NCBI GenBank assembly: GCA_011525805.1
Contig: WYBR01000013.1
Span: 64,768-128,767 of the forward strand
DNA length: 64,000 nucleotides
Origin: Vicinamibacteraceae bacterium
GTDB taxonomy: Bacteria > Planctomycetota > Phycisphaerae > Phycisphaerales > UBA5793
Reading direction: 5' to 3'
Shown here: one piece after another, positions 29,285 through 37,849 of the stretch
How positions within the stretch are numbered: the first letter of the stretch is position 1
Layout of the letters: each line of letters opens with the position of its first letter
Position numbers and translations under genes: made by a program
Notes under the pieces: generated by a model
Database searches by the model: none
What the model was told of the DNA's origin: nothing
The model's input: the letters and a program-made list of their open reading frames with translations, nothing else

Positions 29285-29857
29285 GTGGAGGACTCTCGGC
29301 CATCGGCGGAGCGGAGAGGATCGCCCCCCGCGGCCGGCGCCGGCCGCGGGGCCGATTCGCTCTTTGACGATCTATACGCCGAACTGCGCGCGATTGCGGC
29401 GGCGCTGCTGCGCGCGGAGTGGCGCCGCGGGCACACGCTCCAATCGGTCGATCTCGTCAACGAGGCGTATCTGCGCATCGACCGCGCGGCCGGACGGGCG
29501 TGGACGAGCGAGGCGGAGTTTCGCGCGGCGGCCGCGGGAGTGATGCGCCGCGTGCTGTGCGACCACGCGAGGAAGCGCAATCGACTCAAGCGCGGCGGCG
29601 GGCGAGGGCGGCTTACGCTCGTCGATGCGCTCGTCGGCGAGCGCCGCGAGGCCATCGACGTCGTCGTGCTCGATGACCTGCTCGACCGGCTCGCGGCGGA
29701 GGATGCACGCGCGGCGCGCGTCGTTGAAATGCGCTTCTTCGGAGGGATGAACATGGACGAGGTTGCGCAGGCGCTGGGCGTCTCCAAGCGCACGATCGAA
29801 GGGGACTGGACCTTTGCGCGATCGTGGCTGCGCAGCCAACTCACGGGCGGCGCCTGA
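29285..29857 (+). CDS. ECF-type RNA polymerase sigma factor (TIGR02999-like)
   Basis: LFDDLYAELRAIAAALLRAEWRRGHTLQSVDLVNEAYLRI... plus a C-terminal HTH (MDEVAQALGVSKRTIEGDWTFARSWL). No ATG lies near the domain start, so the in-frame GTG at 29285 is proposed. The start is uncertain. Confidence 0.75.
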   Translation: MEDSRPSAERRGSPPAAGAGRGADSLFDDLYAELRAIAAALLRAEWRRGHTLQSVDLVNEAYLRIDRAAGRAWTSEAEFRAAAAGVMRRVLCDHARKRNRLKRGGGRGRLTLVDALVGERREAIDVVVLDDLLDRLAAEDARAARVVEMRFFGGMNMDEVAQALGVSKRTIEGDWTFARSWLRSQLTGGA

Positions 29858-29910
29858 CCGGTGGCGCCATGCTTCGACCGGCGTTGGGGCCGAAGCATGG
29901 GGGCGGGCTT

Positions 29911-30216
29911 TCAATCGTGTCGGATGCGCACGAGGCGGATGCCCTGGGCGACAGGCATGAGGGTGTCGCACCACGCGGCTCCGTCGTAGCGGTAGCGGAT
30001 CTGCACGCCGCGCACCATCCGCTGCGCCAGCATCGCGTGCGCTTCTTCGAGGCGCTGCGGCCGGGCGGTGTCGTCGGCGCGGCCGCGGCCGGCCTTGATG
30101 ACGATGCCGTCGATCCGCACGAGGCGACGGAGGTCGTCGAAGAGCGCGGCGAGTTGCTCATCATCGAGCAGGGCTTCGCTCATCGGGGGCAGCGGCTGGT
30201 CATCACTCTGGTTCAT
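29911..30216 (-). CDS. Hypothetical protein downstream of napG
   Basis: ORF 29911..30255. Candidate starts are at 30255, 30216 (MNQSDD...) and 30183 (MSEALLDDEQL...). Acidic N-terminus, no Cys clusters, no TM helix. No family recognised. Confidence 0.35.
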   Translation of the reverse strand: MNQSDDQPLPPMSEALLDDEQLAALFDDLRRLVRIDGIVIKAGRGRADDTARPQRLEEAHAMLAQRMVRGVQIRYRYDGAAWCDTLMPVAQGIRLVRIRHD

Positions 30217-30913
30217 CGGCGTTGCACTCGGAAGCCGGAGTCGCGCCGCGGCCATCGGCGGGCGGTGCGGGCGGCCGCTGCGCCATCGGCATGAGAATGA
30301 CCGCGTTGCCGGGGGCGGGGCAGACGTGCTGGCACACGCCGCAGCCGGTGCACGTCTCCTCGATGATGCGCGGCCGGCCGGCGCGCACCTCGATCGCGCC
30401 CGGCACGGGGCACTGTTCGGAGCAGACGGTGCAGGTCGTCCCCATCCAGGGGAGGCAGGTTGTCTCGTCGATGCGCGCGACTCCCATCTTCATGGGCAGA
30501 TCGAAGCGCAGCACGCCCGGCTCGCACGACGCGATGCAGGGCGCATCAGCGCACATCCAGCACGGCTGGCCGACGGGGTTGATCATCGGCGTGCCGGCGG
30601 CGCGGCGGAAACGGACCGGGGCGTGGATGATCGAGTCGTAGGGGCACGCCTCGACGCAGGCGTTGCACTTCGTGCAGCCGGCGAGAAAGGCCTCTTCCTC
30701 CACCGCGCCCGGAGGGCGCAGAATGGGAAAGGACTTCGCATAGCGGGAGGTCGCCTCCGCGCGCGCGGCGTCGGGCGGCGCGCCTGAAGGCGCCGGCTCG
30801 GGGGCGAGCGGCTTGAGGCGGCTCGCCGCGGCATCGCGCAGACCGCCGAGCAGCGGGCCGAGGACGCGCCCCCGGAGCATGTCGCGGCGTGAGATGGGAG
30901 AGTCCTCGCTCAT
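30203..30913 (-). CDS. napG: Tat-exported 4Fe-4S ferredoxin, NapG/MauM-like
   Basis: Twin-arginine signal (SRRDMLRG). Four Cys clusters: CTKCNACVEACP, CWMCADAPCIASCEP, CTVCSEQCP and CTGCGVCQHVCP. Overlaps the napB-like stop by 4 nt. Confidence 0.8.
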   Translation of the reverse strand: MSEDSPISRRDMLRGRVLGPLLGGLRDAAASRLKPLAPEPAPSGAPPDAARAEATSRYAKSFPILRPPGAVEEEAFLAGCTKCNACVEACPYDSIIHAPVRFRRAAGTPMINPVGQPCWMCADAPCIASCEPGVLRFDLPMKMGVARIDETTCLPWMGTTCTVCSEQCPVPGAIEVRAGRPRIIEETCTGCGVCQHVCPAPGNAVILMPMAQRPPAPPADGRGATPASECNADEPE

Positions 30914-31704
30914 GGCCAGGTCGCCGACATGAAATCATCGCGCACGTCCACGCCGCGCCACCACGGATCGAGCGCGGCCGAGGGCGCGTGGCACTGGAGG
31001 CAGTTGACGCGCAGAGGATGCGCCGTGCGGATGGCCTCCGGCGCCGTCGGCCCATGGCAGGCGAGACAGTTGTTGCGCATGAAGAGGGTATGCGGAACGG
31101 TCGGCGGCGCGCCCTCCCAGGCCCGCGACCCCCCCATCGGCGCCGCCAGGCCGACGAAGGAGTTGGCCGGAGGGAGCAGCGGCTCGAACTCCGTCGGCTC
31201 CGCGGGCACGTGGCACTGCGTGCAACTGGGCAGATGCGGATGGGACATCATCGGCGCCCAGACCTCCTGCCCGATCCAGCGCCCCTCGGCATGGCAGGCG
31301 ACGCAACTGCTCGCGCTCATCTGGTCGATGGGATGGGGAACGGTCGGCGGAGCGCCGTCAAAAGCCCGGCGCGCAGCGCGGGCCGCGAGCACGGCGCGGC
31401 GGCCTTCCTCGGTGCGGACCGGCTCGGCTTCCCAGTCCAGCGCCGGCTGCTGCATCTCAGCGAGGGAGGGAGGCCAGTCGCGGTTGGGCCCATCTTCGCG
31501 CCGATCGAACTCGGCCCACGACGTGGCGGGGATGGCGGTGGGATGGGGCCGGGCGTGGACGACGGCCGGCGCCTCCGCCTCGCGCGCCGGCCGCCCCTGC
31601 CGCAGACCGACGACGTAGCCGACGAGCGCCAGCGCCATCACCCCCAGCAGGAGAAGGTGAATGACGCGCTGCGTCGGCGATTCCGTGCGGAAGGCGGGGC
31701 TCAT
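30910..31704 (-). CDS. napB: Membrane-anchored tetrahaem cytochrome c made of two tandem NapB-like dihaem units
   Basis: ATG at 31704 overlaps the napA stop (ATGA). TM helix VIHLLLLGVMALALVGYVV. Two repeats each carry the NapB signature: GAPPTVPHPIDQM...CVACH...SHPHLPSCTQCHVP and GAPPTVPHTLFMRNNCLACH...AHPLRVNCLQCHAP. Confidence 0.75.
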   Translation of the reverse strand: MSPAFRTESPTQRVIHLLLLGVMALALVGYVVGLRQGRPAREAEAPAVVHARPHPTAIPATSWAEFDRREDGPNRDWPPSLAEMQQPALDWEAEPVRTEEGRRAVLAARAARRAFDGAPPTVPHPIDQMSASSCVACHAEGRWIGQEVWAPMMSHPHLPSCTQCHVPAEPTEFEPLLPPANSFVGLAAPMGGSRAWEGAPPTVPHTLFMRNNCLACHGPTAPEAIRTAHPLRVNCLQCHAPSAALDPWWRGVDVRDDFMSATWP

Positions 31705-34160
31705 CGCGTCTGCCCGTCCGGCGGCACGCGCTTGACGCGCACGGCGCACTTTTTGTAGTCCGGCTGGCGGGAGAAGGGATCATGGGCGTCGAGCGTGACT
31801 TCGTTGATGAGCCGGGTCTCGTCGAAGAACGGCACGAAGACCTGGCCGCGCGCCGGACTTCCCCGCCCGTTGATCCACACGGGGAGGTCGATGTGCCCGC
31901 GGCGGGACTCGATGCGGACCACGTCGCCCCGCTGCACGCCCAGGTCGCGCGCATCATCGGGATGGAGTTCGACGTAGGCGCGCGGCATGGCGCGGCGCAA
32001 CTCGGAGATCCGTCCCGTCATCGTTCCCGTGTGCCAGTGCTCGAGCACCCGACCGGTGTCGAGCCAGAAGGGATACTCTGCATCAGGCATCTCCGGCGGA
32101 TCTTCGTAGGGACGGAACCAGACGAGGGCGCGATCGTCCTTCGTGACGGAGTGGTAGAACTGAATCTCCGCGCCGCCAGTGACGTAGGGATCGTCAAAGC
32201 CGGCGAAGCGGAAGCGGGTCTCTCGCCACGTCCCGCCGGGCTGCTCGACGACGGGCCAGCGCAGGCCGCGCGCCCTGACGTATTCGTCGTAAGGCGCGAG
32301 GTCCTTGTTCTTGTAGCGGGTGAAGCGGCGGTACTCCTCGAAGAGATGCCGATCGACGTTGACGTCGTAGTAGCGCTCCCATTGCCAGATGGGGACGATC
32401 TGCCCGCGTTCGTCGCGGATGGTGAAGATGAACTCGCCGTCGTTGCCCTTCATGCCTTCGTGGCCGAGTTCGTGGAGCCGGTGGGCGACGGCGATCGTCT
32501 GCCAGCAGTCGTCGCGCGCCTCGCCGGGCGGCTGAACCATCTTGAACCACTGCTGGGTGCGCCGCTCCGAGTTGCCGTACATCCCGTTCTTCTCGACCCA
32601 CATGGCGCTGGGGAGGATGAGATCGGCCAGGCGCGTCGTCGCGGTCGGGTAGACCTCGGAGACGATGAGGAACTTGCCCTCGAGGTCCGCCTTGCGGTTG
32701 AAGAGTTTGTGCAGGTTGGGCAGGGTCTGTCCGGGATTGGTGACCTGCACCCAGAGGGTGTCGATGTCTCCGCCCGCATCGGAGGGGGTGCAGAACTTCT
32801 CGAACATGAGCACGGTGTGGTAGCCGGGGGCGGCCTTGATGCGGCCCTGCGGCACGTTCCAGAGATCCTCGCAGTCGCGGCGGTGCGCCTCGTTGGCGAC
32901 CGTGCGCCCGCCGGGAAGGAGGTGCGAGAGCGTGCCGACTTCGCGGACCGTTCCGCACGCGGACGGCTGGCCGGTGAGCGACGTGGGGGCATCGCCGGGC
33001 CGGCCGAAGTGCCCGCTGAGCAGGTGGATCGAATGGACGAGGCAGTTGATCGCCGTGCCCCGCGTGTGCTGGTTCATCCCCATGCACCAGAGCGAGGTGA
33101 TGCGCCGGCTGCGATCGCCGAAGAGATCGCCGAGCATCCTGATCTTCTCCGCCGGCACGCCCGAGAGGCTCTGCACGTACTCGGGGGTATAGGGCTCGAG
33201 CGCCGCGGCGTACTCATCGAAGGTCATCGGCTTGCCGTACATGTTCGCCGGCTGCTCGGGGTCCAACTGGCGGAAGTTGCAGTGCTTTGAGACGAAGTCT
33301 GTGTCCCAGGATCCGTTCTTCAAGAGTTGGTGCGCGATGCCGTTGGCGATGGCGAGGTCGGTCTGCGGGCGGAACTCGAGATACTCCTGGCAGTGGTCGG
33401 TGGTGCGGGTGCGCCGCGTGCCGATGTCGATGAGGAGAATCTCCTCGCCGCGGGCGCGGCGGTCGATGACGCGCGAGAAGAGCACGGGGTGCATCTCGGC
33501 GGGGTTGTTGCCCCACATGATCAGGACGTTGCAGGCGTCAAGGTCGTCGTAGCAGCCGGCCGGCTCATCGACGCCGTAGCAGGAGAGGAAGCCGGTCACG
33601 GCGGAGGACATGCACAGCCGCGGGTTGCCGTCGATGTGGTTCGAGCCGAGCCCGGCCTTCATGAACTTGTTGGCGGCGCACCCCTCGCCGATGGTCCACT
33701 GGCCGCTGCCGTACATCGCAAATCGATCCGGGGCGGCGTGAATCCGGCGGGCGATGAGGTCGATCGCCTCGTCCCAGGTGATGGGCACGTGCCCGTCGCC
33801 GCGGCGGAGCATCGGCGTCGTCAGGCGATCAGCGCCGTAGAGGATCTTGCCGACGTGATACCCCTTGACGCACAGCAGGCCGCGATTGACTTCGGCGAGG
33901 GGGTCGCCCGCGATGGCGACGACGCGCCCGTCCTGCACGCCGACCTGCACGTGGCAGCCGGTGCCGCAGAAACGGCATGGCGCCTTGTCCCACACGACCT
34001 CATCCCCGCCGCTGCCCTGAAGAAGCGGAAGGGAGACCGCCCCGACCGACTCGCCGCGCGCGGCGATGACCGCCCCGGCCGCGGTCAGGGCGCTGCGCCG
34101 TATGAACTCACGACGGTCCAGTGCTCTGGCGTTCATGCGTGGCCACCTCCTGGTCGTCAA
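31701..34160 (-). CDS. napA: Periplasmic nitrate reductase catalytic subunit
   Basis: Tat signal (LDRREFIRRSALTAAGAV). N-terminal 4Fe-4S motif CRFCGTGCHV...LCVKG. A ~800-aa molybdopterin oxidoreductase body typical of NapA. An alternative start is the ATG at 34136. Confidence 0.93.
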   Translation of the reverse strand: MTTRRWPRMNARALDRREFIRRSALTAAGAVIAARGESVGAVSLPLLQGSGGDEVVWDKAPCRFCGTGCHVQVGVQDGRVVAIAGDPLAEVNRGLLCVKGYHVGKILYGADRLTTPMLRRGDGHVPITWDEAIDLIARRIHAAPDRFAMYGSGQWTIGEGCAANKFMKAGLGSNHIDGNPRLCMSSAVTGFLSCYGVDEPAGCYDDLDACNVLIMWGNNPAEMHPVLFSRVIDRRARGEEILLIDIGTRRTRTTDHCQEYLEFRPQTDLAIANGIAHQLLKNGSWDTDFVSKHCNFRQLDPEQPANMYGKPMTFDEYAAALEPYTPEYVQSLSGVPAEKIRMLGDLFGDRSRRITSLWCMGMNQHTRGTAINCLVHSIHLLSGHFGRPGDAPTSLTGQPSACGTVREVGTLSHLLPGGRTVANEAHRRDCEDLWNVPQGRIKAAPGYHTVLMFEKFCTPSDAGGDIDTLWVQVTNPGQTLPNLHKLFNRKADLEGKFLIVSEVYPTATTRLADLILPSAMWVEKNGMYGNSERRTQQWFKMVQPPGEARDDCWQTIAVAHRLHELGHEGMKGNDGEFIFTIRDERGQIVPIWQWERYYDVNVDRHLFEEYRRFTRYKNKDLAPYDEYVRARGLRWPVVEQPGGTWRETRFRFAGFDDPYVTGGAEIQFYHSVTKDDRALVWFRPYEDPPEMPDAEYPFWLDTGRVLEHWHTGTMTGRISELRRAMPRAYVELHPDDARDLGVQRGDVVRIESRRGHIDLPVWINGRGSPARGQVFVPFFDETRLINEVTLDAHDPFSRQPDYKKCAVRVKRVPPDGQTR

Positions 34161-34383
34161 AGTGCACGAAGACGAGATCGATGTGCTTCACGCCCGGCTG
34201 CGCTTCGAGCCAGCGCCACAGCGCCCGGTCCGAGTCCTCGTCGGCGGTGTCCGTCGCGACGGCGAGGCGCTGCGCTTCGCAGCGGCCGAGGGAAATCTCC
34301 CGCCGCGCGCTAAGTGCCGCGAGCAGCGACTCGCGCATGCGAGCGTCGGGCGAGATGGTGAGCACGAGGCCGCTGATGGGCAT
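34108..34383 (-). CDS. napD: NapD-like Tat-proofreading chaperone
   Basis: 91 aa. MPISGLVLTISPD...L..L...PGVKHIDLVFVHFDD follows the NapD pattern (IxSLVV...GV...V). Sits immediately upstream of napA and overlaps it. Confidence 0.7.
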   Translation of the reverse strand: MPISGLVLTISPDARMRESLLAALSARREISLGRCEAQRLAVATDTADEDSDRALWRWLEAQPGVKHIDLVFVHFDDQEVATHERQSTGPS

Positions 34384-34548
34384 GCGATCCTCCGATCAAT
34401 GCTATGGCCTCGGCGCGGTCCCGCAAGGCGAGCGGCGCGCGCCGGCGCTGATTTCGGACTTTTGCCGGTGCGGTGGAAAGCGGGCCGCGGGCTGATAGAT
34501 TTGAGCACGCCCGCAGCGTGCGGCGGGCCGGTCCCCGCGGCCTTGAGC

Positions 34549-35244
34549 ATGAGCGATCCCATCCGGCGAATCATGGTCGTGCTTCTCGTCGGCGTTCTCG
34601 CCGCGGCGGGCGCCCTGCTGGTCAGCGCGACTCCACATGCGGGGACGATCGATCCCGCGATCATCGACACGCGCGCCGCCGCGCCGATCGCGCCGCTCGC
34701 TTCGGCTTCCCGGCCGGACCGCGAGGCCGCGCTCGCCGCCGCCCGCGCCGCCTTCGACCGCTCTCCCGCCTCCGCGCCGCGCATTGAGACGAATCTCGTC
34801 GATGATCTCGGCCGGGCCGTCACCGTCTCCTGCGCCTCGTGCCACGCCAACCTCGAACCCGACGCAAACACGAATCACGCCGCGGACCTCATCGACTTCC
34901 ACGAAGGCCTCGAGTATGAGCACGGCTCGCTCTCGTGCCTCTCGTGCCACCACGCGGAGGACTACAACGCGCTGCGGCTGACCGACGGGCTGGCGATCGA
35001 CTTCGCCTCGGTCCAGCGGCTCTGCGCGCAGTGCCACGCGCCGCAGGCGCGCGACTACGAGCGCAGCGCGCACGGCGGCATGATGGGCTTCTGGGACGCG
35101 CGGCGCGGCGAGGCGGTGCGCAAGTCCTGCATTGACTGCCACGATCCCCACGCCCCGGCCATGCCGGCGATGGTGCCGACCTTCAGACCGCACGACCGCT
35201 TCCTCGCCGCGCCATCGGAATCGGAGCACGGCGACGATGAGTGA
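34549..35244 (+). CDS. Membrane-anchored tetrahaem cytochrome c
   Basis: Track ORF 34066..35244 trimmed to the ATG at 34549 (MSDPIRRIMVVLLVGVLAAAGALLV, TM anchor). Four CxxCH motifs: CASCH, CLSCH, CAQCH and CIDCH. Whether it is NrfB/c3-like or NapC/NrfH-like cannot be decided by eye. Confidence 0.8.
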   Translation: MSDPIRRIMVVLLVGVLAAAGALLVSATPHAGTIDPAIIDTRAAAPIAPLASASRPDREAALAAARAAFDRSPASAPRIETNLVDDLGRAVTVSCASCHANLEPDANTNHAADLIDFHEGLEYEHGSLSCLSCHHAEDYNALRLTDGLAIDFASVQRLCAQCHAPQARDYERSAHGGMMGFWDARRGEAVRKSCIDCHDPHAPAMPAMVPTFRPHDRFLAAPSESEHGDDE

Positions 35245-36178
35245 CGCCCGCGACGAACGCCGCATCCCCCTGCCCGTGCTCGGCGGCGTCTCGCGCCGCA
35301 CCGCGCTCAAGGGCGCCGGCGCCGCGCTGGGTCTGGCCGCCTTCGGCGCCGCGATCTCCCCTCTCGCTCACTTCGCCGAGAACACCTCCCTCGACGAGTT
35401 CCTTCAGAAGCACTACAAGGAACTCAACGAGGAGGACAAGCGCGCCATCTTCGCCCGCCTCGAAGCGGAGACGAAGGAGCGCTACGGCGCCGACGTCCGC
35501 GTCCGCGATCCGCAGCCTATCCCCGGCGTGCGCTTCGGCTACGCGATCAACCTCAGCCTGTGCAACGGCAACGGGCGCTGCGTCGAGGCCTGCCACCGCG
35601 AGAACAACCACGACCGCGACGCGAACCAGTCCTACATCCGCGTCTTCGAGATGCCCAAGGGCACGACGGACCTGGCGCACGGCAACGCCTCCTACGAGCA
35701 CGACGTGCCGCAGGAGGGCAAGTACTACCTGCCGGTGCAGTGCTTCCAGTGCGAGAATCCGCCGTGCGTGGACGTGTGCCCCGTCGAGGCGACGTGGCAG
35801 GAGGAGGACGGCATCGTTGTCGTCGACTACAACTGGTGCATCGGCTGCCGCTACTGCCAGGCCGCGTGCCCCTACCACGCGAGGCGGTTCAACTGGAAAG
35901 AACCGGAAATCCCCGCCGAGGAGATCAACCCCGACCAGGGCTACCTCTCGAACCGCATCCGCCCCGCGGGCGTCGTCGAGAAGTGCCACTTCTGCCTGCA
36001 CCGCACGCGCGAAGGGCGGATGCCCGCGTGCCTCGAGGCGTGCCCGACGGGGGCGCGCCTCTTCGGCAACCTGCTCGATCCCGATTCCGACATCCGTTGG
36101 GTGCTCGCGAACAAGCGCTGCTTCGTTCTCAAGGAAGAACTCGGCGCCCGTCCCACGCTCTTCTACTTCTTCGACTGA
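35237..36178 (+). CDS. Tat-exported 4Fe-4S cluster subunit, NrfC/HybA/PsrB-like
   Basis: ATG at 35237 overlaps the cytochrome stop (ATGAGTGA). Tat signal SRRTALKGAGAALGLAAFGA. Ferredoxin motifs CFQCENPPCVDVCP, CIGCRYCQAACPY and CHFC...CLEACP. Confidence 0.85.
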   Translation: MSDARDERRIPLPVLGGVSRRTALKGAGAALGLAAFGAAISPLAHFAENTSLDEFLQKHYKELNEEDKRAIFARLEAETKERYGADVRVRDPQPIPGVRFGYAINLSLCNGNGRCVEACHRENNHDRDANQSYIRVFEMPKGTTDLAHGNASYEHDVPQEGKYYLPVQCFQCENPPCVDVCPVEATWQEEDGIVVVDYNWCIGCRYCQAACPYHARRFNWKEPEIPAEEINPDQGYLSNRIRPAGVVEKCHFCLHRTREGRMPACLEACPTGARLFGNLLDPDSDIRWVLANKRCFVLKEELGARPTLFYFFD

Positions 36179-36191
36179 CGTTCTTTGACCG

Positions 36192-37514
36192 ATGCCATTG
36201 ACCGGAGCGTCGATGTCCGCCGCCTCTCACCATCCCGCCGCCGCCCGCGCCGCAGAGCCGGTGAGCCACTGGGTGAGTTACCGCCGCTTCGTCTGGCGCT
36301 CGCTGCTGATGGCGACGGACGGTCCGCTGAAGTTCTACGCGTGGATGACGCTGCTGACAGCCGTCGCACTCGTCGGCGCCAACGCCTGGGCGCACCAGGT
36401 GGCCGACGGAATGATCATCACCCACATGACCGACCACGTCAGTTGGGGCCTCTACATCGCCAACTTCACCTTCATCGTCGGCGTCGCGGCCGGCGGCGTC
36501 ATGATGGTCATCCCCGCCTACCTCTACCGCGACAAGTCGATGCATGACGTCGTGATCCTCGGCGAACTCCTCGCCGTCGCCGCCATCGTCATGTGCCTGT
36601 TCTTCGTAACCGTCGATCTCGGCCGGCCGGACCGCTTCTGGCACCTCATCCCGCCCATGGGGCGGTTCAACTTCCCCGTCTCCATGCTCACCTGGGACGT
36701 GATCGTCCTGTGGGGCTATCTCCTGCTCAACCTGCACATCTGCGGCTACCTGCTCTACACGAAGTACCTCGGCCGTTCGCCGACGACGCGCTGGTACCTG
36801 CCCTTCGTCTTCGTCTCCATCGTCTGGGCGATCTCCATTCACACCGTGACCGCGTTTCTCTACCAGGGCCTCGGAGGGCGGCCGTTCTGGAACTCGGCCC
36901 TGCTGGCGCCGCGATTCCTCGCCTCGGCCTTCGTGGCCGGCCCGGCGTTCCTCATCGTCACCATGTTCATCCTCCGGCGCATCGCCGGCGTCGCCATCCC
37001 CGACCGGCCCATCCAGGTGCTCGTGCAGATCGTCCGCGTCACCGTGCTCATCAACCTGCTGATGGTCGCGTCCGAGGTGTTCACGGAGTTCTACACCGGC
37101 TCGGCCCACTCGACGCACGCGCGATACCTCTACTTCGGCCTGCACGGCCACACGGCGCTGGTGCCGTGGATCTGGACCGCGATTGCGCTCAACATCACCT
37201 CGGCCGTCCTGTTCCTTCATCCCGCGGCGATGCGCAACATGTGGCTCGTCATCGCGGCCTGCGCCGCGGCGTTCATCGGCGTGTGGATCGAAAAGGGCAT
37301 GGGGCTGATCATCCCCGGCTTCGTGCCCAGCACGCTGCACCAGATGGTCGAGTATCGCCCGTCGCTCGCCGAGTGGCAGATCACCGCCGGCATCTGGGCC
37401 TTCGGCCTGATGATCTACACGATCGCGCTGAAGATCGCCGTCCCGATCTTCCGCGGCAACGTGAACTTCGCGCAGGAGTCGCGCTCTGGCGCATCATCGC
37501 CAAGTCGCCCGTGA
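36192..37514 (+). CDS. NrfD/PsrC-family polytopic membrane (quinol-interacting) subunit
   Basis: 440 aa with ~10 predicted TM helices. Follows the NrfC-like gene after a 13-nt gap. Composition and length are typical of the NrfD / polysulfide-reductase membrane subunit family. Confidence 0.8.
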   Translation: MPLTGASMSAASHHPAAARAAEPVSHWVSYRRFVWRSLLMATDGPLKFYAWMTLLTAVALVGANAWAHQVADGMIITHMTDHVSWGLYIANFTFIVGVAAGGVMMVIPAYLYRDKSMHDVVILGELLAVAAIVMCLFFVTVDLGRPDRFWHLIPPMGRFNFPVSMLTWDVIVLWGYLLLNLHICGYLLYTKYLGRSPTTRWYLPFVFVSIVWAISIHTVTAFLYQGLGGRPFWNSALLAPRFLASAFVAGPAFLIVTMFILRRIAGVAIPDRPIQVLVQIVRVTVLINLLMVASEVFTEFYTGSAHSTHARYLYFGLHGHTALVPWIWTAIALNITSAVLFLHPAAMRNMWLVIAACAAAFIGVWIEKGMGLIIPGFVPSTLHQMVEYRPSLAEWQITAGIWAFGLMIYTIALKIAVPIFRGNVNFAQESRSGASSPSRP

Positions 37515-37604
37515 GCGACGCTGAGAAGGAAACAAGGAGCAAGGCGATTCACGAGCCGACCCGACCCGCGGCCGCAACACTTTCTCCACCCGAACCTGCG
37601 CGCA

Positions 37605-37678
37605 GCCGCTGTAATGGGCGATACTGGACTCGAACCAGTGACCTCACGGGTGTGATCCGTGCGTTCTAGCCAACTGAA
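37605..37678 (-). tRNA. tRNA-Val (anticodon CAC)
   Basis: The reverse complement folds as a cloverleaf. Acceptor GGGCGAT/ATCGCCC, D stem GTTC/GAAC, anticodon stem CACGG/CCGTG with loop ATCACAC, T arm ACTGG-TTCGAGT-CCAGT, discriminator A. 74 nt; CCA not encoded. Confidence 0.9.
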
Positions 37679-37849
37679 CTAATCGCCCGGTGGACGATGG
37701 TAGGGCGGGGGGTGCGGGGGTCAAACTCCGAGTCGGGCCCGTTGGGCGTTGTCCGGGCGGCGGGATGATCGTCGCGGCCGGGCCGTAGAATGCAGCGACG
37801 GCGGCGGCCCGGGCCGCCTCCTGACGGTCATCTTCGGAGCACCGCGCGC

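Noticed and set aside
29911-30255. Small ORF after napG as NapH, NapF or NapL
   Set aside because: It has no TM helices (NapH), no Cys clusters (NapF) and is far too short for NapL. It is kept as hypothetical only.
34066-34548. N-terminal extension of the tetrahaem cytochrome ORF
   Set aside because: It overlaps napA and napD antisense and has no protein-like features. The ATG at 34549 gives a proper TM-anchored start.
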